A DNA stretch of 64,000 nt from Chrysemys picta bellii (GCF_011386835.1 NC_088807.1:24552001-24616000); one strand, 5' to 3'. Positions 10,810 to 22,640 are shown, counted from the stretch's first letter. Notes: generated by a model from the sequence alone, not told the origin. Numbers and translations are program-made.

Positions 10810-11130
10810 CCCTGTCTCTCAGCTCCCAGAGTCCCCCGCCTCCAGCTCAGTGCAGCGGGGCCTGGAGACCCCCAGCGGCCCTAAGCACCTGAACCAGCCT
10901 GGGTCCCGCCGAGGGAGTCGCACCCGCCGCTGACGAGGGCAAAGCGCCGCGACCTCCCCCAAGGGCCTTTTGCTAACGAGCCCAGCTGGGAGGCGGCCCC
11001 ATTGGAACTCCGCAGACTGAAAGGCGAATTAACGGGGGCCCTGGAGAGCCCTGAGCCATCTGCCCAGCACTGGAAAAATAGAGCTAACGAGAGGAAGTTA
11101 TTGCTGGGCGTCTGAGTGGGACAGAGATGA
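10810..11130. promoter_or_regulatory. Candidate OR cis-regulatory element with homeodomain- and O/E(Ebf)-like sites
   Basis: CCCCAAGGG (10957-10965), CTTTTGCTAACGAG (10967-10980), TTAACGGG-g-GCCCTGGAGA (11029-11047), CTAACGAG (11084); alignable to 61405-61680. Confidence 0.5.
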
Positions 11131-11293
11131 TGACTTAAGAAGACAACCCAAAAAGATGACTCAACTAGATGACAGCTCAAACAGAAGACTCTAGAAAAAA
11201 GATGACTCAGGAAGAAGACAGGTCCAAAAGAGGACATCAGAAGAAAGTTACTAAAGAAGACAACAACAGAAGAAGATGAAGGAAGACAATGGC

Positions 11294-12055
11294 TGTAACA
11301 AAGTGGGAATTTTTTGATGACGCCTGATGTGTGCCTCAGTTTCCCCTATAGGCTGCATTGTTACCTAGTGGGTGAAAAGGGACAGTTTGCCCTCGGGGCA
11401 GGTGAAGACACAAGTGTGGCTGGTGCCTCGCTGTCCTGGGCCTTGGGTCCCGTATCAATGGAGCTCTTGAGAAGACAATGGCAACTCCAATCACCAGGAC
11501 GTGAGCACCTACCAACCAACAACCCAGAGCGATCTGGACGGCTCTGCCTCTCCGCAGGGGGGCTGAGCCGCATCTCCCCAGCTCGGGAACAAAGGACGAG
11601 GGCAGGGGGTGAGGTGGAAGTCAGTTCAGGCACACCTTGGAGTCTGGTAAAGGAGATGAGATGGAGGGACAGATGGAGCTTGACCAATGAGTTTCACTAA
11701 AGCCAAGCTGGGCTTTCAATCCTTTTGTGATAACCAAAGACTTCCTATGCTGGGTTCCGGCGGACTAATAACCCCGACTGTGTGACCGCGCTGGCCGAGT
11801 GTCCCTGAAGATGCTGGCAGAGGAGGTGCATTGCTCCCTAAGAAAGGACAAGTCTCCTTTGGGGGTCTGTCTCAGTGGGGCTCACTGAACGGAGCTCATG
11901 GTATGAAGCAGAGGTGCTAACGCCTCAGTGATTCAGTCTAAGGAGGAGGTGACGCTGTAGAATGGGACCCCGAGGGGGTCGGGCACATTGAATGGGGTTC
12001 CTCCCAGAGACTACCCCAGCTGGAGCCATTGCACCAATCCCGTGGATCCGTGCCA
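11294..12055 (+). mobile_element. Solo LTR (~760 bp)
   Basis: TGTAACA...CCGTGCCA termini, near-perfect 5-bp TSD ATGGC/ATGAC, degenerate polyA signal AATAAC at ~11767. Confidence 0.75.
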
Positions 12056-12468
12056 ATGACTCAAGGAGAAGATGACGCAAGAAGAATCAAGACAATTCAG
12101 GAAGACAACACAAGAGGATGACTCAGGGAAACGGCTAAAAAGGAAGAAAACGCCAATGGAAGATGACTCTAGAAGACAACTGGAGAAGACTCAAGACTGA
12201 GATTACTCAAGAAGGAGATTATTCAAGAAAACAACAACTGAAAGAAGACTCCAAAAGACAGCAACTCAAAAGGAAAGGTGCTCAAAAAGAAAACAACTCA
12301 ACAAGATTCAAAACACTGATGACTCAGTCAGATGATTTAAGATGATGACTCGTCAACTTGAAAAAGACGACTCAAGTAGAAGTTGACTGAGAAAGACAAC
12401 TCAAGAAGAAGAGGACTCAAAAATATCAAGAAGACTCCAAAAGATAAGGACTCAATAAGAAAGTCAAG

Positions 12469-12570
12469 GTGAGCGAGGTAATATCTTTAATTGGCCAAAG
12501 ATATTACTCCACCCACCTTGGTCCTCTAATATCCTGGGACAGACACAGCTATAGCTACACTGCATACAAT
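12469..12570. mobile_element. Short remnant, probably Penelope-like, with 20-bp inverted arms
   Basis: GTGAGCGAGGTAATATCTTT / AAAGATATTACTCCACCCAC hairpin followed by CCTTGGTCCTCTAATATCCTGGGAC; family assignment from recall only. Confidence 0.5.
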
Positions 12571-12607
12571 AATGACTCAATAAGACAGCTTAAGAAGATG
12601 ACTCAAG

Positions 12608-13065
12608 GAAAGGATGGCTCAGAAAAACAACTCAAGAAGAGAATCCATCGCTGTTGACTCAAGACGACAACTCCAGAAAAGTATGGCTCAGAAAGACAAC
12701 TCAAGAAGAGAATCCATCGCTGTTGACTCAAGACGACAATTCCAGAAAAGTATGGCTCAGAAAGACAACTCAAGAAGAGAATCCATCGCTGTTGACTCAA
12801 GACGACAACTCCAGAAAAGTATGGCTCAGAAAGACAACTCAAGAAGAGAATCCATCGCTGTTGACTCAAGACGACAACTCCAGAAAAGTATGGCTCAGAA
12901 AGACAACTCAAGAAGAGAATCCATCGCTGTTGACTCAAGACGACAACTCCAGAAAAGTATGGCTCAAAAAGACAACTCAAGAAGAGAATCCATCGCTGTT
13001 GAGTCAAGACGACAACTCCAGAAAAGTATGGCTCGAAAAGACAACTCAAGAAGAGAATCCATCGA
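12608..13065. repeat. 69-bp minisatellite (6 full + 1 partial unit)
   Basis: Unit CTCCAGAAAAGTATGGCTCAGAAAGACAACTCAAGAAGAGAATCCATCGCTGTTGACTCAAGACGACAA; translates as MAQKDNSRRESIAVDSRRQLQKS repeats. Confidence 0.95.
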
Positions 13066-13098
13066 GGTGACTCAAAGAGAGGTTGATTCTAGAAAACA

Positions 13099-13598
13099 NN
13101 NNNNNNNNNNNNNNNNNNNNNNNNNNNNNNNNNNNNNNNNNNNNNNNNNNNNNNNNNNNNNNNNNNNNNNNNNNNNNNNNNNNNNNNNNNNNNNNNNNNN
13201 NNNNNNNNNNNNNNNNNNNNNNNNNNNNNNNNNNNNNNNNNNNNNNNNNNNNNNNNNNNNNNNNNNNNNNNNNNNNNNNNNNNNNNNNNNNNNNNNNNNN
13301 NNNNNNNNNNNNNNNNNNNNNNNNNNNNNNNNNNNNNNNNNNNNNNNNNNNNNNNNNNNNNNNNNNNNNNNNNNNNNNNNNNNNNNNNNNNNNNNNNNNN
13401 NNNNNNNNNNNNNNNNNNNNNNNNNNNNNNNNNNNNNNNNNNNNNNNNNNNNNNNNNNNNNNNNNNNNNNNNNNNNNNNNNNNNNNNNNNNNNNNNNNNN
13501 NNNNNNNNNNNNNNNNNNNNNNNNNNNNNNNNNNNNNNNNNNNNNNNNNNNNNNNNNNNNNNNNNNNNNNNNNNNNNNNNNNNNNNNNNNNNNNNNNN
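13099..13598. other. Assembly gap (500 N)
   Basis: Run of N; other gaps at 18300-18482, 57253-57382, 58075-58215. Confidence 0.99.
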
Positions 13599-13734
13599 TG
13601 GGTGTGGACCGAGTAAATTCAGAGTAAGGGCTGAGTAAACCCTGGGTGTGGACTGAGAACATTCAGAGTAAGGGCTGAGTAAACCCTGCATGTGGACCGA
13701 GTAAATTCAGGGTAAGGGCTGAAAAAACTCTCAT

Positions 13735-13982
13735 GGCCTGTTGTAGACTACAAAGTTAGGTCGCCCTAACTGCATTGCTCAGGACTGTGAAAAAATTCAG
13801 ACTTGTGTGTCGTAGTTAAGCCTATCTAAGCCCCAGTGTAGACACTGCTAAGTTGATGGAAAAATTTTTCCGTCAACGTAGCTATCACCTCTTGGAGAGG
13901 TGGATTTACTACAGCAACAGAAGAACCTCTTCTGATGCAGTAGTAAGTGTCTACTCTACAGCTTTCTAGAGTAGCCATACCC
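13735..13982. mobile_element. Degenerate Harbinger/PIF-type MITE
   Basis: Eroded termini (GGCCTGTTGTAGACTA ... GAGTAGCCATACC) and internal similarity to the two MITEs downstream. Confidence 0.45.
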
Positions 13983-14022
13983 GTCATATGGCCTGAGTAA
14001 ATCCTGTGTAAACCTTGAGTAA

Positions 14023-14274
14023 GGCCATGTCTACACTACTGGTGCTGCAGATGTGTTGCTATCGCTCCATAGTGTAGATGCTTCATAGTGACAGAAGAGG
14101 TTTTTCTGCTGATGTAGTTAGTCCAGGCGGTACTTGGTTTGACGAAAGTATTGTTCCGTCAACCTAGCCGCGTCTACACCTGGGCTTAGGTTGGCTTAAC
14201 TACGGGGGTGTGAAATTTTCATGCCCCTGAGCGACAGCCCTAGGTCAATCTAGTTTTCAAGTGTAGACCAGGCC
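14023..14274. mobile_element. Harbinger/PIF-type MITE
   Basis: TIRs GGCCATGTCTACAC / GTGTAGACCAGGCC with TAA TSD on both sides (14020-14022, 14275-14277). Confidence 0.85.
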
Positions 14275-14378
14275 TAAGAGTAAGGACCAAATAAACCCTT
14301 AACGTGGTTCGAGTAAAATCAAAGGAAGGATTGAGTAAGCTCTGAGGATGGATGGTTTAGAATCAGAGTGACAACTAA

Positions 14379-14590
14379 GGCCTGGTCTACACCTAAAACT
14401 TAGGTCGACCTAGCTACGTCACTCGAGGGTGTGAAAAGTTCATACCCTGAGAGAGGTAGTTAACACACCACGAAGTCAACGGAAGAAATTCCTTCGACCT
14501 AGCTACTGCCTCTTGGAGAGGTAGGTTTGGAAAGGTAGAGCGTCTATGCTACAGAGGTGTAGCTGCAGCACTTCTAGTGTAGACACAGCT
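14379..14590. mobile_element. Harbinger/PIF-type MITE
   Basis: TAA|GGCCTGGTCTACAC ... GTGTAGACACAGCT|GAA; right TIR and TSD degenerate. Confidence 0.7.
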
Positions 14591-14680
14591 GAAGTAAACC
14601 CTGAGTAGGGACTGAGGAGCCATGTCTAACCTACCACGTTTTGCAGCATCGTTCTGCCGGCCGAACACCAGTGTAGCTCC

Positions 14681-15320
14681 AGAGATTTCAAGGCCAGAAG
14701 AGACTTTTGTGATCATCTTCTGACCTGCAGTGTAACACAGAGCAGAGAACTTCCCCCAAAATAATTCCTAGAGCAGATCTGCTAGAGAAACAGCCCATCC
14801 GGATTGAAAAAATGGCCAGTGATGGAGAATCATCCACACCCATTGGGAAATTGTCCCGATGGTTCATTTCCCTTCCCGTTAAAAATTTACGTCTTATCTC
14901 CCGTCTGAATTCGTCTAGCTTCAACTTCTAGCCATTGGATCGGGTTAGACCTTCCCCTGCTGGAACGAAGAGCCCGTTATCAAATATTTGTCCCCCACAT
15001 CGGTCTTTATAGACTGGGATCCAGTCACCCCTTCACCTTCTCTTTGTTCAGCTAAATAGACCGAGCTCCTGGAGTCTCTCGCTCTCGGGCAGGGTTTCTA
15101 ACCCGTTAATCATTCTCGTGGCTCTTCTCTGACCCTCCCCGACTGATCAACCACCTTCCTGAACTGTGGCCACCAGAACTGGATGCAAGATCCCAGCACC
15201 AGCTGCACCAGGGCCATATCCAGAGGCCAAATTGCCTCTCTGCTCCGACTCCAGATTCCCCTATTTACACATCCCAGGATGGCATTAGCTCTTTCAGCCC
15301 CAGTGTCACATTGGGAGCTC
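14681..15320 (-). mobile_element. Old CR1 LINE 3' fragment
   Basis: Minus-strand peptide ANAILGCVNRGIWSRSREAIWPLDMALVQLVLGSCIQFW is CR1 RT-like; 3' UTR motif CAAGGCCAGAAG.GAC. Confidence 0.8.
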
Positions 15321-15637
15321 CCGTTTGGCTGATTTCCCCCCATCCTGAATCATTTTCAGGGTCCCAGCTTCCCAGGAGAGAGTCCCCCACCAATGTTCCT
15401 GTCAACATAGCTAATGTTGCTTGGGAAGTGGTGGCATATATTGGCAGAAAAACTCACTGGGGTGATGCTAGTGATGCCAGCAAAGCATTTACTGCATAGA
15501 CAAGCCCTGACTAGGGCCAGAATAAACTCTCAGAAAGGGTTGAGGAAAAACAGAGTAACAGCTGAGTAAGGAGAGAGCAAACCTCTGAGTAAGGGACGAG
15601 TAAAGTCAGAACAAGTTGAGTGAAGGCCGGTGAAACT

Positions 15638-16124
15638 CTGAGTAAGCACAGAGTAAACCCTGGAGTGAATTCTCAATGGCCACTGAGTAAGCACAGAGTA
15701 AACCTGGAGTGAATTCTCAGTGACCACTGAGTAAGCACAGAGTAAACCTGGAGTGAATTCTCAGTGACCACTGAGTAAGCACAGAGTAAACCTGGAGTGA
15801 ATTCTCAATGACCTCTGAGTAAGCATAGAGTAAACCTGGAGTGAATTCTCAACGATCACTGAGTAAGCACAGAGTAAACCTGGAGTGAATTCTCAACGAC
15901 CTCTGAGTAAGCACAGAGTAAACCTGGAGTGAATTCTCAGTGACCACTGAGTAAGCACAGAGTAAACCTGGAGTGAATTCTCAATGACCTCTGAGTAAGC
16001 ACAGAGTAAACCTGGAGTGAATTCTCAACAACCACTGAGTAAGCACAGAGTAAACCTGGAGTGAATTCTCAACGACCTCTGAGTAAGCACAGAGTAAACC
16101 TGGAGTGAATTCTCAACGACCTCT
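15638..16124. repeat. 44-bp minisatellite (~11 units)
   Basis: Unit CTGAGTAAGCACAGAGTAAACCTGGAGTGAATTCTCAACGACCT. Confidence 0.95.
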
Positions 16125-16720
16125 GAGGAAGGATTGAGTAACGCCTGAGTAAGTTGGGTAGGATGTAGCACCACCTCAGTGGTCGTTGAAAGCCACTGGA
16201 CAGGTCTGAGTGTAACATCCATGTATCCACAATATATATTAAATTTAATGTACTATACTCCAGCAGAGACCGGAGATTTCTGTCGGTAGGACAGCGCTTG
16301 TAATGACAACCGAGGGGGCGACCAAAGACTTGGTCCACAGACCGGAGATCAGTGGACCTCAGAGAAACCAACCCGTGCGATAGTTTACGATCAGGAGTTT
16401 TGGCCGCAGGCTGTAACGGCGCCGGCCCCGACTTCGGGGAGTGGCAAGAAAGAGGCAGAGAGATTTGATGTCGTGCCAAAGTTGAAACGAAAACGTATCG
16501 ACACGCTCACGGCGAACCGCGACGCGGCGAGCTCCCGGAATTGAATTGGGGACATGGCCTCTCAAGAGACACGCCACTACCCACAGGGACACACTCCCTC
16601 AAGGGATATGCCCCTTAGGGACACGCCCCCTCATTCCCCACAGGGACACGCCCCTCAACCCTGCAGAGACCCGCCTCCTCCCCTATCCCAGCCCTAGCCC
16701 TCCCCCCTTGCCCTTCGGCC

Positions 16721-17677
16721 CTACCTCTCCTGACCCCAGCCCCACCACGCCCCCCTTAGCCTGTCTAGGCCCTGGCGCAGGGCGGCCTTTATGTCCTGGT
16801 TGCGCAGACTGTAGATGAAGGGGTTGAGCGTGGGGGTGACCACGGTGTACATGACCGTGGCCAGCTTGTCCCTGTCCCCGGAGTAGCTGGAGAGGGGCCG
16901 GAAGTAGACGCTGATGGCCGTGCCATAGAAGAGCCCCACCACGGCCAGGTGGGCACCGCAGGTCTGGAAGGCCTTGCCGCGCCTCTCGGGCACCCGGAGC
17001 ACGGCCCAGAGGATGCGGGCGTAGGAGAGGACGATGAGGAGGAAGGGCCCGATGATGAGGACGCCCCCCTCCAAGAAGCTGAGTAGCTCGTTGAGCCGCT
17101 TCCGGGAGCAGGCCAAGGCCAGCAAGGGCTGGAAGTCGCAGAAGAAATGCGGGAGGCGGGTGCGGCCGCAGAAGGAGAGCCGGGACATCAGCAGGGTGTG
17201 CAGCAGGGAGTGGATATGGGCCAGCATCCAGGAAGAGCCCACCAGCGCCTGGCGCCGCAGAGGGCTCATAAGGACGGCGTAGCGCAGGGGCCGGCAGATG
17301 GCCAGGTAGCGGTCCAAAGCCATGACACCCAGCAGAAAGTTCTCGGTGATGGCGAAGGCCACAAAGAAGTACATCTGCACCAGGCACCCGGTGTACGGGA
17401 TGCCCTGGTGCCGGGCACGCAGGTTGGCTAGCATCTTGGGCATGGTGGTGGAGGTGAAGCAGACGTCCACCAGCGAGAGGTGGCTGAGGAAGAAATACAT
17501 GGGGGAGCCGCGCAGGCGGGGGTCGGAGCGGGTCAGCAGCAGGATCAGTAGGTTGCCCAGTAGGTTGAGGAGGTACATGCAGAGGAAGAGGGAGAAGAGG
17601 AGCTGCTCCTGGCCGGGGTGGCTGGAAAGCCCCAGCAGGAGGAAGTGAGGGTGGACGCTGCCGTTGGTGCTGTCCAT
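16721..17677 (-). CDS. Olfactory receptor, class II, OR1-like (318 aa, intact)
   Basis: NGS, GNLL, PMYFFLSHLSLVD, MALDRYLAICRPLRY, HFFCD, SY, KAFQTCGAHL, PTLNPFIYSLRN; acceptor CCCCACTCAG 4 nt before ATG. Confidence 0.96.
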   Translation of the reverse strand: MDSTNGSVHPHFLLLGLSSHPGQEQLLFSLFLCMYLLNLLGNLLILLLTRSDPRLRGSPMYFFLSHLSLVDVCFTSTTMPKMLANLRARHQGIPYTGCLVQMYFFVAFAITENFLLGVMALDRYLAICRPLRYAVLMSPLRRQALVGSSWMLAHIHSLLHTLLMSRLSFCGRTRLPHFFCDFQPLLALACSRKRLNELLSFLEGGVLIIGPFLLIVLSYARILWAVLRVPERRGKAFQTCGAHLAVVGLFYGTAISVYFRPLSSYSGDRDKLATVMYTVVTPTLNPFIYSLRNQDIKAALRQGLDRLRGAWWGWGQER

Positions 17678-17729
17678 GGGCCTGAGTGGGGAAAGAGATG
17701 GGGATACGGCTGAGAGTTTGGGTGATGGA

Positions 17730-18299
17730 TGAAAGGAGATCCATCCATTTGTCTAGCCAGCCACCCATCTGTTCATCCATCCATCCATCCACTAATCTAT
17801 ACACAAATCCCTCCATCCATCTGTCCACTAATCACCCCATCCATCCATCCATCCATGGATCACCCTGTCCGTCCATCAATCTATCTATTCACCCATCCAC
17901 TGTTCACACTACCTATCCATCCATCCACTCTTCACACTACCAATCCGTCCATCCATCTATTCACCCATCCACTCTTCACACTACGCATCTGTCCATCCAT
18001 CCATCCATCCATCCACCCACTCTTCACACTACCCATCTGTCCATCCATCCATCCACCCATTCATGGATCACCCTGTCCGTCCATCAATCTATCTATTCAC
18101 CCATCCACTGTTCACACTACCTATCCATCCATCCACTCTTCACACTACCCATCTGTCCATCCAGCTATTCACTCATCACTCTTCACACTACCCATCCGTC
18201 CATCCATCTATTCACCCATCCACTCTTCACACTACGCATCTGTCCATCCATCCATCCATCCACCCATCCATCCACTCTTCACACTGCCCATCTGTCCAT
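17730..18299. repeat. ATCC-based compound minisatellite, ending at a gap
   Basis: CCATCCATCC and ACTCTTCACACTACCCATCTGT units. Confidence 0.9.
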
Positions 18300-18482
18300 N
18301 NNNNNNNNNNNNNNNNNNNNNNNNNNNNNNNNNNNNNNNNNNNNNNNNNNNNNNNNNNNNNNNNNNNNNNNNNNNNNNNNNNNNNNNNNNNNNNNNNNNN
18401 NNNNNNNNNNNNNNNNNNNNNNNNNNNNNNNNNNNNNNNNNNNNNNNNNNNNNNNNNNNNNNNNNNNNNNNNNNNNNNNNNN

Positions 18483-20240
18483 TCCATTAAATGTAGACAT
18501 TTCTAAATCAGCAGGTCCAGATAACTTCCAACCCAGAGTTTTAAAAGAGGCAACTGAGGCGTTCCCTGGGCCGTTCATGCTGATTTTTAATAAGTCTTGG
18601 CACGTTCGGGAAATTCCAGGGGACTGGAAGAAAGCCAGTGTTGTGCCAATCTGTAAAAAAGGCAAATGGGGTGACCCGGGTAATTGTAGGTCTGTAAGTT
18701 GGACATTGATCCAGGGCAGGATAGTTGAGCAACCGATACCGGACTCGATTAATAAAGAATTAAAGGAGGGTGATGTAACTAATGCCAGTCAACATGGGCT
18801 TCTGAATAATAGAGCTTGTCAGACTAACGCAGTCTCTTTTGTGATGAGATTACAGGTTTGGTTGCTAAAGGTAATAGTGTGATAGCATCGATGTAGAGCT
18901 TTGTAAGGTGTTTGACCTGGTACCGCATGACGTTTAGATTAAAAAACTAGAAGGATATAAAGTTAACTTGCTCGGCCTCCATTAAATGGCTTGTAACTGG
19001 CTAACTGGTAGATGTATCTGTCAACGGAGACTCCTCATCGGGCGAGTGGCTTTCCAGGGGAGCCTGCAGGGACTGTGGCTTGTCCCGACGCGAGTTAACA
19101 TCTTGATCAGTGAGCTGGAGGAAAGCAAAATCCTCCTGGATGAAGTTTGAAGATGACACAATGTAATGGGAAGGAGGACGGCTCAGTGATACAGAGCTAC
19201 CTAGATCACTTGGTAAACTGGGTGCATGCAAAGAATATGGCGACATGTAAATGGAACAAGGTCGGCCGTCTCTCTCCTGGGAAGCAGCAACTCAGAAAGA
19301 GCATTGGGAGGGTGTGGGGGGGATAATCAGCTGAACGCACAAGCTCCCACTGGCAGCCAATTCCCCCCTCCCCCCCAGCACCTCCCGCCCGCCTGATGCC
19401 CTGCACCAGATCAGCGCCTCCCCTTCCCTCCCTCCCAGCGCCTACCACCCGCCTGATGCCCTGCACCAGATCAGCGCCTCCCCTTCCCTCCCTCCCAGCG
19501 CCTACCGCCTGCTCCAATCAGCTGTTTTGTGGCATGCAGGAGGCTCTGGGAGGCAGTGGGAGGAGTGGGGGTGGGGCACGCTGGGGGAAGGGGGTGGAAC
19601 TGGGTGAGAAGACGTGGGGCAGGGGTGGGGGCTTGAGGGAAGGGATGGGGTGAGGGCAGGGCCTGGGTTGGAGCGGAGGGTTGAGCACCCCCCGGTCCCG
19701 GAAGAACCCGGTGCCTATGTAAACAGGAGAATTTTGAGTAGGTGCCGAGAAGTGATTTGAGCTCTCGATTTGGCCCTGGTGCGACCGCTGCTGGGATCCT
19801 GATTCCGGTTCTGATGCCCACAGTTCCAGAAGGACCTTGATAAATCGGAGAGGGCTCAGAGCAGAGCCCCAGAAATGCTGACGTGATTAGCAAACCTGCC
19901 TTCGAGTGAGAAACGCCAGGAGTTCGGTCTAGTTAGTGCAGCAGAGACGGTGAAGGGGTGACTTGCTCCCAGGCTAGAAGTACCAACGTGGGGAGCAAAT
20001 ATTTACGAATGGGCCAGGCAGTCCAGCGCGGGAACGGGGAACCCCGTCCTGTGGCTGGAAGGGGAAGCTGGACAAGCGGAGAATGGAAATAAATCATGAA
20101 TTGTGAAGAGTGAGGGTAACTTTCCCCAGCGGCTTCGCCATCACTGGCCATTTGGAAATCAAGATGGGATGTTTTTCTCAAAGCTCTGCCCTGGGAATTA
20201 CGGTGGGGACGGGCTCTGGCCTGGGCTGTACAGGTGGCAG
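18483..20240 (+). mobile_element. Degenerate CR1 ORF2 (RT region) fragments, interrupted at ~19360-19720
   Basis: KSAGPDNFQPRVLKE...IPGDWKKASVVPICKKGKWGDPGNCRSVS is the CR1 RT N-terminal region; many stops and frameshifts. Confidence 0.85.
19360..19720. mobile_element. GC-rich non-autonomous DNA transposon-like insert
   Basis: Interrupts the CR1; internal 61-bp tandem duplication; ends CCGGTGCCTATG; a similar end occurs near 39835. Confidence 0.4.
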
Positions 20241-20329
20241 ACTAGGTGCGCACAACGGTCCCCTCTGGTCGTGGAATCTAGGAAATTAGGAATCCATTCC
20301 CCCCATTCCTCCCCTAATCTACAAACAAA

Positions 20330-21440
20330 CCATCCATCTCTCCATCCCTCCATCCATCTAAATACTACATCCAGCCAGCAAGCCAGCCAGCCATCCCTCC
20401 ATCCATCTAAATACTCCATCTATCCCTCCCTCCATCCATCCATCTAAATACTCCATCCCTCCATCCATCCAGCCATCCCTCCATCCATCTAAATACTCCA
20501 TCCCTCCATCCATCCATCTATATACTCCATCCATCCCTCCATCCATACATCCATCCATTTAAATACTCCATCCATCCTTCCATACATACATACATCTAAA
20601 TATTCCATCCCTCCATCCCTCCATCCATCTATATACTCCATCCATCCCTCCATCCATCTATATACTCCATCCATCCCTCCATCCCTCCATCCATCTAAAT
20701 ACTCCATCCATCCCTCCCTCCCTCCATCCATCCATCTAAATACTCCATCCCTCCAGCCAGGCAGCCATCCCTCCATCCATCTAAATACTCCATCCATCCC
20801 TCCATCCATCTATATACTCCATCCATCCCTCCATCCATACATCCATCCATTTAAATACTCCATCCATCCTTCCATACATACATACATCTAAATACTCCAT
20901 CCCTCCATCCCTCCAGCCAGCCAGCCATCCCTCCATCCATCTATATACTCCATCCATCCCTCCATCCCTCCATCCCTCCATCCATCTAAATACTCCATCC
21001 ATCCCTCCCTCCCTCCATCCATCCATCTAAATACTCCATCCCTCCAGCCAGGCAGCCATCCCTCCATCCATCTAAATACTCCATCCATGCCTCCATCCAT
21101 CCCTCCATCCAGCCATCTAGCCATCTAATTACTACATCCATCCATCCAGCCATCCCTCCATCCATCTAAATACTCCAGCCAGCCAGCCATCTAAATACTA
21201 CATCCATCCATCCATCCCTCCATCCATCCATTCCTCCATCCATTCCGCCATCTAGCCATCTAAATATTACATCCATCCATCCATCTAAATACTCCATCCA
21301 TCCAACCAGCCAGCCATCTAGCCATCTAAATATTACATCCATTCATCCATCCATCTAAATACTCCATCCATCCACACACTTACACACCCAGCCCTCCATC
21401 CATCCATCCATCTAGCCATCTAAATACCCCATCCATCCCT
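20330..21440. repeat. CCAT/CTAAATACT compound minisatellite
   Basis: CCATCCATCTAAATACTCCATCCCT units. Confidence 0.92.
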
Positions 21441-21829
21441 TCAGTGAGTGATAGAGACTGAGATCAGGGCCCTGTCGCGCCGGGTGCTGCCCAGACACAC
21501 AGAGAGAGACAATCCCTCCTTCAAAGCACTGACAATCCAATTCGACATTGGGTGGCGCGGGGAAAAGAGGCACAAAGAGCAGAAGTGGGTTTGCTTAGGT
21601 CACACAGCAGGTCAGTGACAGAGCTGGGGAGAGAACCCAGGAGTCCTGACTCCCAGCCCTCCCCCCACTACTGGCAGCACGAGCCTAACAATGTGACCAA
21701 GCGGGGGCGGGGGGGTGACATCTCCGATGACTCAGTGTCCACGGCTGGGGGCTGGGTCCTGGTTCCCCAAGCCTAGGGGGCTGGCGTGGGGTTGGCTCAG
21801 CCGGTTGGAGCTGTGGGGAACCGACGGTT

Positions 21830-22640
21830 GGCTCCAGGCTGGTTCCCTGTCACACTAACTTGGAATCGTCTGGAGATGAGATTCCAAGTCCCGTTGCTCC
21901 AGGGGACGGCGCTGATGTCCGGGACTTAGACGTCTGTGAGGCCTTTGACTTGGTCCCGTGATTAAAAAAACCTAGAAGGATATGAAATGAACACCCCCCC
22001 CACACACACACCCCGTTCAATGGGTTTAAAAACTGGCTAACTGATAGATCTCAAAATGTGACTGTCGACAGGAATCATTGTCGCATGGGCGTTTCCAGCA
22101 GGCAGGTCTCGGCCCAGGGATGCTGGAAAAGTTTTGAGGGTCATGGGGGACAATCAGCCGAACGGGAGATCACAGAGCTAATGCCATCCTGGGAGGTATA
22201 ACTGGGAGAATTGCGAGTCGGAGCAGAGAGATTTGACCTCTGGCTTTGGCCCTGGTGCGACCGCTGCTGGGATCCTGCCTCCGTTTCCGGTGGCCACCTT
22301 TCAAGACGGATGTTGATCAGTCGGGGAGGGGTCAGAGAAGAGCCATGAGGATGATTAAAGGGTTAGAAACCGGCCTGAGCACGAGAGACGCTGTTGAGCT
22401 GAACAAAGAGACGGCGAAGAGGTGACTGGATCCCACCTGTACATACCGACGTGGGGAACAACGATTTAATAGTGACCGCTGAGCCCGATCCAACCGGCTG
22501 AAAGTTACATCTGGACACGTTCAGACGGGACGTAAGGCATCAATCATTAGCAGTGAGTGGCACGAGCCCTTGGGAGAATTTCACCCGGCGCGGTGGGTTC
22601 TCCATCACTGGCTGTTTTTCAGTCGAGCTGGGCTAGTTTT
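21830..22640 (+). mobile_element. Highly degenerate CR1 fragments
   Basis: Recognisable remnants such as TTTGGCCCTGGTGCGACCGCTGCTGGGATCCTG and GGTCAGAGAAGAGCCATGAGGATGATTAAAGG. Confidence 0.6.

Larger units (their letters stand above)
11120..12600. repeat. Degenerate GACTCAAGAAGA-rich low-complexity repeat (interrupted by LTR and PLE remnant)
   Basis: Many imperfect GACTCAA/GAAGACAAC motifs on both sides of the 11294-12055 LTR. Confidence 0.75.

Noticed and set aside
12614-13627. 337-aa ORF and other ORFs crossing N runs
   Set aside because: Length inflated by gap Xs; real part is only the 69-bp repeat
16190-16530. Possible DNA transposon or other element between the 44-bp satellite and the OR
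   Set aside because: No TIRs, TSD or coding motif could be established by eye
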